Of a stretch of DNA of 30,700 nt, positions 1 to 6,908 are shown piece after piece. The notes below the pieces were generated by a model. That model made no database searches. It saw only the letters and a list, made by a program, of their open reading frames with translations, and was not told where the DNA came from. Made by a program: the position numbers and the translations under genes. The DNA lies in assembly GCA_964618885.1 (NCBI GenBank), contig CAZUFH010000002.1, forward strand, positions 1 to 30,700, read 5' to 3'. Position 1 is the first letter of the stretch. Each line of letters opens with the position of its first letter. This DNA is from an uncultured Pseudomonadales bacterium. Its GTDB lineage: Bacteria; Patescibacteriota; Microgenomatia; UBA1400; MFAQ01.

Positions 1-2
1 AA

Positions 3-641
3 CCCTGTTCTCAGCCGTACTTAGAAGAAACAAAATTAAAAGATCAGTTAATCGGCTTTGTTTCTTCTGCCACACTTCCCCAAGCATGGAAGAAAAATTG
101 GCTCAATTGGCTCGAGCGAGACAAAATACTAGATCAGCAATCTTCGGAAACATTTTTGATAAAACTAAAGTTTGATATTCAAACGCTAGATGGCAAACTC
201 AACCTTCTCCTTGATAGCTATCTTGATGGGACCATCGACTCTCAAACTTACAAGCAAAAGAAAAACGAATTGTTTACTTCCAAGCAAAATCTTGAAAGCA
301 AGATAGCCAAAAATAAATCAGGTGGTTCAAGTTGGCTCGAACCCATGACCGAGTTCGTACATTGCGCCCTGCAGGCGCAAAAAGTCGCGCGACCGGATAC
401 CCCTAGCGAAGATTTGCGAATCTTCGCTAAAAACATCGGCTCGAACTACTTTTTGAAAGATAAACAACTTACTGGGGAATTAAAAAAGCCCTTCGCATCG
501 CTCCGTGCGTGGGCGGGCGCACGGGCGATATCCCAGAAATCTGGGCGAAACTTCTTTGAGGTGACCCCGGCGGGAATCGAACCCGCGATTTTCTGGATGA
601 GAACCAGACGTCCTGGACCGCTAGACGACGGGGCCATATAG
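3..641 (+). CDS. C-terminal part of a probable large serine (resolvase-family) recombinase, 5'-truncated by the window edge
   Basis: Frame is open from position 3 (PCSQPYLEETKLKDQL...). It has a Cys at the expected Zn-ribbon end, a coiled coil (LDGKLNLLLDSYLDGTIDSQTYKQKKNEL) and a WLEP motif typical of CPR recombinase tails, and it abuts a tRNA 3' end. The catalytic domain is not in the window. Confidence 0.55.
   Translation, partial: PCSQPYLEETKLKDQLIGFVSSATLPQAWKKNWLNWLERDKILDQQSSETFLIKLKFDIQTLDGKLNLLLDSYLDGTIDSQTYKQKKNELFTSKQNLESKIAKNKSGGSSWLEPMTEFVHCALQAQKVARPDTPSEDLRIFAKNIGSNYFLKDKQLTGELKKPFASLRAWAGARAISQKSGRNFFEVTPAGIEPAIFWMRTRRPGPLDDGAI
562..635 (-). tRNA. tRNA-Glu (anticodon CTC)
   Basis: Reverse complement is GGCCCCGTCGTCTAGCGGTCCAGGACGTCTGGTTCTCATCCAGAAAATCGCGGGTTCGATTCCCGCCGGGGTCA. 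Acceptor stem GGCCCCG/CGGGGTC, anticodon arm TCTGG-TTCTCAT-CCAGA, T-loop GTTCGATTC. It is followed by CCT, so CCA is not genomically encoded. Confidence 0.95.
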
Positions 642-738
642 CTACGCCTATATTTTATCAAACATTAGGCTCAAGCACCTGGCACTTATTTTGCTCTAGT
701 TTTGTGCCTAAAGTTATCCAATTACGTGCGTGCTTGAC

Positions 739-767
739 TTGACAAGCCAGTCAATTCGGGCTAAAAT
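739..767 (+). promoter_or_regulatory. sigma70-type promoter P1 upstream of the greA leader
   Basis: TTGACA (739-744), 17-nt spacer, TAAAAT (762-767). Confidence 0.75.
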
Positions 768-773
768 ACCACT

Positions 774-833
774 ACAGATATAAGGTTCGCGTCAACCGGC
801 TCCCGACAAGCAACAGGGACTGGTCTTTTTTTT
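774..833 (+). ncRNA. candidate ~60-nt leader/small RNA upstream of greA
   Basis: Bounded by promoter P1 and an intrinsic terminator, with no ORF; the start position is estimated. Confidence 0.4.
795..833 (+). terminator. intrinsic terminator in the greA upstream region
   Basis: Stem ACCGGCTCCC (795-804) / GGGACTGGT (816-824) with one bulge and a G-U pair, 11-nt loop, then T8 (826-833). Confidence 0.65.
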
Positions 834-847
834 GAGACTATACAGTC

Positions 848-875
848 TTGACAATGGAAAAGCAGGGCTTATATT
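848..875 (+). promoter_or_regulatory. sigma70-type promoter P2 for greA
   Basis: TTGACA (848-853), 16-nt spacer, TATATT (870-875). Confidence 0.6.
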
Positions 876-905
876 TATACGATAACCAATAACTATATAA
901 AGTAA

Positions 906-1379
906 ATGACTCAAATCACTCAACGAGTTCAAATGACACCGCTTGGCTACGGCCAGCTCGTGGAAGAGCTCAAAAAACTAGAAACCACCGGCCTAGCCGA
1001 AGGTATTGATCGCGTGGCTAAAGCCCGTGAATTTGGAGACCTCTCGGAGAACTCCGAGTATCATTCCGCGAGAGAAGATCTGGCTGCCCTTGAAGGACGC
1101 ATAGAAGAACTGAGAGACATAATTTCTCGAGTCACCGTGGTCGACATCAAGAGATCCGGCGAAGAAGAGGTCGGTATCGGTAGTGTCGTCATGGTCGGTA
1201 TCAACGGTAAAGAGCATGAATTCTCCATTGTGGGGGAATGGGAAGCCGACCCAGCTGCCAAAAAGATTTCTCACGAGTCGCCTTTGGGCAAAGCTTTGAT
1301 TGGCAAAAAAGTGGGTGAGAACGTCGAAGTCGAAGCCCCGGCCGGTAAAGTGACTTACTCTATCAAGTCGGTAAAGTAA
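906..1379 (+). CDS. greA: transcription elongation factor GreA
   Basis: AREFGDLSENSEYHSARE signature, IGSVV, ISHESPLGKALIGKKVGENVEVEAPAG. Confidence 0.97.
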   Translation: MTQITQRVQMTPLGYGQLVEELKKLETTGLAEGIDRVAKAREFGDLSENSEYHSAREDLAALEGRIEELRDIISRVTVVDIKRSGEEEVGIGSVVMVGINGKEHEFSIVGEWEADPAAKKISHESPLGKALIGKKVGENVEVEAPAGKVTYSIKSVK

Positions 1380-1381
1380 AA

Positions 1382-3154
1382 CTACCAGCTCCCTCCACCA
1401 CCGCCTCCACCTCCACCGCCGGAAGAACCTCCTGAGAATCCCGACCCTCCCGAGGAATTTGATGATGGGTTGTAGCTTAGTCCACTCGAAGCAGACTTAC
1501 TAAAGTCGTTCATAAAACCGGTCCAAGCCAGTGTATTGTGTCCAAAGCCACCTGACATATATCTAGGTGGTTCGATATTCAGTTTCTGCATATCCTTGGC
1601 TAGTTTTCCGATCACTCCAAACGCAATTGCAAAAGGTAATACCTCTTCGATAAAGAGGTGCTTCTCCTTGATTTCCTCCCGCCACTTTCCCAGGCGAATA
1701 GTCTCCCGCAAGCCTTTGGCCTGCAGCGAAAGGTTGGTCCCTACTGCTGTTTTCTGGGGCATTTTTATGGCGAAGATCAGCGAAACTACAAAGGAACCAA
1801 TCATTACCAGGACCGGCCACCCGGATTGTAAGAAAATAATGGTCGAAATCGTCGCCATAAAAACCGCAACATCCAGAAAAATTGCTAGTGCCACTCCTAT
1901 CCCGAGAGCATTCATCGGCTTGGATGTAAACATCTTTCTCTCGGTGAGACCTTCGTAAAGCAACTCTTTGACTTTAGCCATGTGGGTGTAAAAAGTTCCT
2001 TTTAGTTCACTCAGTTTGATCTCTGATTTGGAATTAAAGATATGCTTCATCAAATATTCCTGCTGGGACGGCAAGTTCCCCGGACCATCTTTGAATTTCG
2101 TCAATAAGTAATCATGACCAAACTTTAAGAATCCCTTATTTTCCACTCTTTCAATGCCAAGGTACTTCTTCCTGGCGAGATCAATAATCTCTGCGACGAC
2201 ATCTTGATTGTCCACTCTCTCATCCAGGAGAGTCCCGGCTTCTCCCGGGGTTAGTGCCTTTAGGGGTTCGTACACCATAGGAACATTTACCGGTTCAAAG
2301 ATAGGTTTCATCCCTTGAGGGGCGTTTGGATCCATGTCAAATACATTGGGAGAGATAAATCGGTAATCTCTACCTTTTTTGTACCAATACCCAAACATTA
2401 CAAGACCAGGCAAAAGCAATAGCAGTAGGGGAGAGTTATTTATAAAATTCTCCCAAAATATCCGGAATTTAGTTGGGAAAATCAAACTGTTTACCGGGTC
2501 CAGCTTGATCGCCACCGTAAAATTATCTCCATAATTAATGACCTCTTTGGTATCCAAAGATACCTCCTTGGTGTCCCCCTTTTTGCTACAGTCTGAGGAG
2601 ACGGCTCCGACCGGTCCGACAAAACAAATATATTCCTGAATCGGGGCAAAGGGAGACTTGATGGTAACTGCAGAGTTGATCACTGGGAATGTCCACCCTT
2701 CGCCCGTGATATCCCAATACAGTTCGTCAAACCCCTGTTGTCTCAGAATTGCATTGGCCACTCTATACGAAATCTTGTACGTCCGTTCACCGGAAAAAGT
2801 TATGTCTGGGTCCCCGATTTTTATCGTCAAATTGTTGCTGTCTCTGGAAAGGGTAAATGGCTGCGGATCTCCTGTCACGTCAGTCACCTTCACGTCAGAA
2901 ATTGTATTCTTGTACACTACACCTTCTCTCCTATACCTTTCCGGGATATAGCGGTAGATACCATGTTTTTCTTCCGGGGTGAAATACTCAATTGTTTCCT
3001 CAATCGTGATCGAGGTGTCTTGGTTGATAGTAATTCGGGAGGCAAATTGGGTGACTTCTTCCACCCTCTCAGCTGTGGGAAGAGTCGCGGCGTAAGTACT
3101 GCGAGTGAGCAATAGGTAACAGCCAAAAATTAGAAAAAATATATATCTCTTCAT
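1382..3154 (-). CDS. DUF2207-type predicted membrane protein with Gly/Ser-rich C-terminal tail
   Basis: Signal-like N-terminus, DELYWDITGEGW motif, several TM segments, LPFAIAFG and a C-terminal GFSGGSSGGGGGGGGGGSW. ATG 3154 is preferred over 3175 because TATAAT lies 6 nt upstream. Confidence 0.85.
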   Translation of the reverse strand: MKRYIFFLIFGCYLLLTRSTYAATLPTAERVEEVTQFASRITINQDTSITIEETIEYFTPEEKHGIYRYIPERYRREGVVYKNTISDVKVTDVTGDPQPFTLSRDSNNLTIKIGDPDITFSGERTYKISYRVANAILRQQGFDELYWDITGEGWTFPVINSAVTIKSPFAPIQEYICFVGPVGAVSSDCSKKGDTKEVSLDTKEVINYGDNFTVAIKLDPVNSLIFPTKFRIFWENFINNSPLLLLLLPGLVMFGYWYKKGRDYRFISPNVFDMDPNAPQGMKPIFEPVNVPMVYEPLKALTPGEAGTLLDERVDNQDVVAEIIDLARKKYLGIERVENKGFLKFGHDYLLTKFKDGPGNLPSQQEYLMKHIFNSKSEIKLSELKGTFYTHMAKVKELLYEGLTERKMFTSKPMNALGIGVALAIFLDVAVFMATISTIIFLQSGWPVLVMIGSFVVSLIFAIKMPQKTAVGTNLSLQAKGLRETIRLGKWREEIKEKHLFIEEVLPFAIAFGVIGKLAKDMQKLNIEPPRYMSGGFGHNTLAWTGFMNDFSKSASSGLSYNPSSNSSGGSGFSGGSSGGGGGGGGGGSW

Positions 3155-3239
3155 ATTATTATTATAATCAAGCATTGTAACGAAGTTACAAGCGATTATA
3201 AGAGGAAGCGCAGTCTGGATATTTCAATAATAATCGTTA

Positions 3240-3269
3240 TTGAAAAGAAGACGAGCAAGCTCTTATAAT
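3240..3269 (+). promoter_or_regulatory. sigma70-type promoter, near-leaderless for the HD gene
   Basis: TTGAAA (3240-3245), 18 nt, TATAAT (3264-3269), ATG 8 nt downstream. Confidence 0.55.
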
Positions 3270-3277
3270 TCACATAT

Positions 3278-3865
3278 ATGAACGATGAATACCGCCAAGC
3301 AGTCAAAACTCAATTAGACGAAAAGATCTACACTCATTCACTGGCGCTAGAAGCTTGTATGGGCGGGCTTTATGATTATTTTTCCGCCAATAACTTACTG
3401 GGTGAAAAAGAACCTCCCAAGGAGGACTGGCTTCTGGCAGGGCTAGTTCACGACATTGATTACTCCGATCCCTATAAAGCCGAGCATCCTGCCCACACCA
3501 AAGAAGCCCTCGCAAAATACAATCTTGATCTTTCCGATTCTGTCCATCACATTGTCCTCTCCCATGCTCGGGAACTAACCAATGTCCACCCTGTTTCCAA
3601 AGCCGATTGGTCAATTTTCTGTGCCGACTCTCTGACCGGTCTCATCATGGCCGTAGCCTTCGTCTACCCTTCTCGTAAGCTAGCCGATGTCAAAGTCTCC
3701 TCTGTCTTGAAGCGCTTTCTCAAAGAGCCCAAGTTCGCCGCCGGTACCCGCCGGGACGAAGTGGCTCTCTGCGCCAATCCAGATACACTCGATCTCCCTC
3801 TCGAAAAATTCATCGACATTTGCCTCACCTCCATGCAGAAAATCGCCTCCGATCTAGGACTCTGA
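3278..3865 (+). CDS. HD-superfamily predicted hydrolase (COG2316-like)
   Basis: HSL...GLVHDID HD motif; ADSLTGLIMAVAFVYPSRKLADVKVSSV...FAAG pattern. Confidence 0.85.
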   Translation: MNDEYRQAVKTQLDEKIYTHSLALEACMGGLYDYFSANNLLGEKEPPKEDWLLAGLVHDIDYSDPYKAEHPAHTKEALAKYNLDLSDSVHHIVLSHARELTNVHPVSKADWSIFCADSLTGLIMAVAFVYPSRKLADVKVSSVLKRFLKEPKFAAGTRRDEVALCANPDTLDLPLEKFIDICLTSMQKIASDLGL

Positions 3866-3919
3866 AGCCAAGCCTCTCACATCAATGTACAATATAAAAT
3901 ATAAATTGTTAAATTTCCC

Positions 3920-5179
3920 ATGCTAGACATCAACTACATCCGCGACAACCAAGAAAGTCTCAAGGCTGCGATCTCCAACAAGCAGTTCGATCCTGCCATG
4001 GTGGACAAACTTATCAAGATCGACGATGAGAGGCGAGGCCTAATCAAAGAAGTTGAAAATCTAAGACATCTGGCAAACGAAAATATTGCCGATCTCAAAG
4101 GCAAGCCGAGCGAAGAGCAAATTTCTACGGGCAGGGAAATCAAACAAAAACTACAGGAAGTAGAGCCAAGGCTAGCCGAAACCGAAAAGCAGTTTACTGA
4201 ACTAATGTATCAGATCCCCAATCCCTCGGCCGATGATGTCCCGGTGGGTAATGACGAGTCCGGTAATGTCGAGGTAAAAAAATGGGGAGATCTTCCAAAA
4301 TTCGATTTTCCGGTTCTCCCTCACGAAGATATAGCCGAAAATCTAGATTTACTGGACAACAAGCGGGCTGTCCGTATTGCCGGTAGCCGGGCTTTCTTTA
4401 CCAAGAATGATTTGGTTCTCTTGGAATACGCTCTCTTAATGTACGCGCTAAAAATGATGATCGGCGAAGGCTATACCCCCATGACCGTGCCTTGGATGGT
4501 CAATGATGAAGCCATGTGGGGTACCGGCTACTTTCCTTGGGGCCAAGAAGACCACTACAAGACTCAGGATGGCCAAAGTCTCATCGGCACTGCCGAAGTC
4601 TCACTCACCGCTTTCCACAAAGATGAAGTCCTAAACGAAAAAGATTTACCCGTCAGGATGGTGGGTATCTCTCCTTGCTATCGTCGGGAAGTGGGTTCCT
4701 ACGGCAAAGATACCAAGGGTATCTTTAGGGTCCACCAATTTAACAAGGTGGAGCAAGTGGTTTATACCGTAGCCGATGAAACTGAAACCCGTAAGATGCA
4801 TGACCAGATGCTTGGCCACACCGAAAAACTTTTACAAGACTTGAAACTTCCGTATCATATCCTTCTCATGTGTACAGGAGACATGGGTGCTGGTCAGCGC
4901 CGCAAGTACGACGTCGAAGTTTGGTTCCCCAGTCAAAATGCTTACCGCGAAACTCACTCCGACTCCTACTTCAACGACTTCCAAAGTCGTCGCCTGAACA
5001 TTCGTTACAAGGCGTCCGACGGCTCTCTCAAATATGTTTATACTCTAAACAACACTGTCGTGGCGACACCTCGGATACTGGGGGCAATACTTGAGAACTA
5101 TCAGCAATCAGACGGTTCTGTGAAGGTCCCGGAAATACTGATCCCTTTTGTCGGCAAAAGCATCATCCGGCGTGTCTAA
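3920..5179 (+). CDS. serS: serine--tRNA ligase
   Basis: MLDINYIR N-terminus with coiled-coil arm, GTAEV, CYRREVGSYGKDTKGIFRVHQFNKVE (motif 2), TLNNT. Confidence 0.98.
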   Translation: MLDINYIRDNQESLKAAISNKQFDPAMVDKLIKIDDERRGLIKEVENLRHLANENIADLKGKPSEEQISTGREIKQKLQEVEPRLAETEKQFTELMYQIPNPSADDVPVGNDESGNVEVKKWGDLPKFDFPVLPHEDIAENLDLLDNKRAVRIAGSRAFFTKNDLVLLEYALLMYALKMMIGEGYTPMTVPWMVNDEAMWGTGYFPWGQEDHYKTQDGQSLIGTAEVSLTAFHKDEVLNEKDLPVRMVGISPCYRREVGSYGKDTKGIFRVHQFNKVEQVVYTVADETETRKMHDQMLGHTEKLLQDLKLPYHILLMCTGDMGAGQRRKYDVEVWFPSQNAYRETHSDSYFNDFQSRRLNIRYKASDGSLKYVYTLNNTVVATPRILGAILENYQQSDGSVKVPEILIPFVGKSIIRRV

Positions 5180-6221
5180 AAAGCTTTTGTTCGCCCTCTT
5201 TATTTTGCTGGTCCTCGTGGGCTCTGGAGTCTATTTTTTTTCCTCCCAAAAAAACGGTTTACTGCTATCTCCCTTACTCTTAGGGCGGGATCAGAGCGAA
5301 AAAATTTCCAAAAAAATCTCCGATCTTCACTTGGACTTCACCAAGTCCAAAGAACTAGAGTCGCTCGCCTCTGTTCCTCGGTATCTAGTCTACAACTCCG
5401 ATAGTGGAGTGGTCTACTATAGTAAAGGTAGCTCTCTCAGAGCTTCGCCGGCTTCGTTTACCAAGCTCTTGTCTTCCCAGGTCGTCATAGATTTTATTCC
5501 CCTAGGCACTCAGATTACCGCCTCGGAAAATTCGATCAACAAGGTCCCCACTATTTTAGGTTTAAAAGCCGGAGAAATTTTTTCGGCCGAAGACCTTCTC
5601 CGGGGAGCCATCGCCACCAGTGGCAATGACGCCGCCCAAGCTCTGGCGGACGGAGCCACCTTGGCAGTGGATATTTACCCTTCGGAATTTATCTACTATA
5701 TGAATCAAAAAGCCGGTTTGTTGGGCATGTCCCACTCTCATTTTGTCAATCCAGATGGCTTAGATGATCAAAATCAGTACTCAACTTTGGAAGATGTCGC
5801 TCGACTTGTAAATAATGTACAAAAAAATTACCCGGAAATTCTGAAGGCTGCCCAGTCAGACAATCAGGACATTGCCACCTCCTCCTCCCACGGGTTCTAT
5901 TATTTACCAAACTGGAATGGTCTTCTCGGGGTCTATCCTGGTGTATCAGGTCTTAAGATTGCCTACACCGAAGAGGCCGGCTACTCCACCATTGTGACCG
6001 CTTCTCGAGAAAATATGTCGGTGGTTGCTATTGTTTCCGGCACCGATTCGTATCTTGAGCGAGATCGCGCTGCCGCCGACTTACTCGATGCCGCTTTTAT
6101 GACGAAGGGCGTGTTACCTGTGAGAGTGACCACCAATATGTTAAATCGCCGCTACAAAGCCTGGGGCGACTTGGCTCGGAAAATTAGAGCCGAGCTATCC
6201 TTAAAAGAAAGTAATAACTAA
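5172..6221 (+). CDS. membrane-anchored D-alanyl-D-alanine carboxypeptidase (peptidase S11 family)
   Basis: N-terminal TM, PASFTK (SxxK), SGNDAA (SxN), HFVNPDGL; third motif reads KIA instead of KTG. GTG 5172 overlapping the serS stop is the preferred start. Confidence 0.88.
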   Translation: MSKKLLFALFILLVLVGSGVYFFSSQKNGLLLSPLLLGRDQSEKISKKISDLHLDFTKSKELESLASVPRYLVYNSDSGVVYYSKGSSLRASPASFTKLLSSQVVIDFIPLGTQITASENSINKVPTILGLKAGEIFSAEDLLRGAIATSGNDAAQALADGATLAVDIYPSEFIYYMNQKAGLLGMSHSHFVNPDGLDDQNQYSTLEDVARLVNNVQKNYPEILKAAQSDNQDIATSSSHGFYYLPNWNGLLGVYPGVSGLKIAYTEEAGYSTIVTASRENMSVVAIVSGTDSYLERDRAAADLLDAAFMTKGVLPVRVTTNMLNRRYKAWGDLARKIRAELSLKESNN

Positions 6222-6222
6222 T

Positions 6223-6849
6223 ATGTCTCTAAGACACCTTTTTTTTCCTCAAATCATTAAGTTTCCCGACACTCCTTACAATCGTCATATCACTCTGCAC
6301 CAATATCTTCTCCAGCCTACTTTAATGGTCGATGGTCTAATCGAGTCCGGCGATATTTTGACCCATATTTGGAAAACGGGCCTCAAAAAATTAATTCCTC
6401 GCACTTTTGTCCCTCAAAATATTCTACTCCTCGGACTAGGGGGAGGGTCAAATACTTTACTGGTCCGCCGGCGATATCCCAAAGCCAAAATTACCGCTGT
6501 CGAGATAGATCCGCTCATGGCCAGTATCGGTAAAAAATACTTTGGGCTCAATAAAGTCAAAAATTTGGAAATAGTTATTGCGGACGCTCTCCCTTTTGCC
6601 CTTAATCTGACATCTGAGAAATATGATCTGATACTGGTTGACTGTTTTGAAGGCAAGTACATCCCCAAGAAGTTGGAAAATCTCGACTTTATCCAGGCTC
6701 TCAAAGATCATGCGCGCTACGTCTTGATCAATCGGATTTTTTGGTATGACTATCACCAGCCCACACTAGAGTTTATGCGGTCTCTCAGTACCCGCTTTTT
6801 CTATGTCACCGCCCACACTCGCTCCAACCTCCTCATTTCTCTCGTCTAA
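6223..6849 (+). CDS. spermidine-synthase-like class I SAM-dependent methyltransferase
   Basis: ILLLGLGGGS motif I, VEIDP, IADA, YDLILVD. Confidence 0.8.
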   Translation: MSLRHLFFPQIIKFPDTPYNRHITLHQYLLQPTLMVDGLIESGDILTHIWKTGLKKLIPRTFVPQNILLLGLGGGSNTLLVRRRYPKAKITAVEIDPLMASIGKKYFGLNKVKNLEIVIADALPFALNLTSEKYDLILVDCFEGKYIPKKLENLDFIQALKDHARYVLINRIFWYDYHQPTLEFMRSLSTRFFYVTAHTRSNLLISLV

Positions 6850-6853
6850 TTTC

Positions 6854-6882
6854 CGTCATCGCGAGTGCAGCGTGGCGATCCA
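6854..6882. repeat. CGTC-tagged short palindromic repeat (intergenic)
   Basis: CGTCATCGC-GAGTGCAGCGTG-GCGATCCA with an ATCGC/GCGAT stem; similar to the copy at 21931-21964. Confidence 0.6.
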
Positions 6883-6908
6883 AGCATTTAGCTATATAAT
6901 CAATTGAC

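Noticed and set aside
781-820. Resemblance to a preQ1-I riboswitch (GGTTCG...AACC...TCCC...AAC.AGG)
   Set aside because: The required P1 helix does not form, the A-rich tail is absent, and the downstream gene is not queuosine-related
1385-1450. CCA/CCG/CCT-rich tandem-like tract
   Set aside because: It simply encodes the Gly/Ser tail normal for DUF2207-type proteins
3863-3865. Possible TGA-to-Gly recoding (genetic code 25) as in some CPR lineages
   Set aside because: TGA terminates several genes at expected positions (HD gene, nfo, ftsE, helicase) and long genes contain no in-frame TGA
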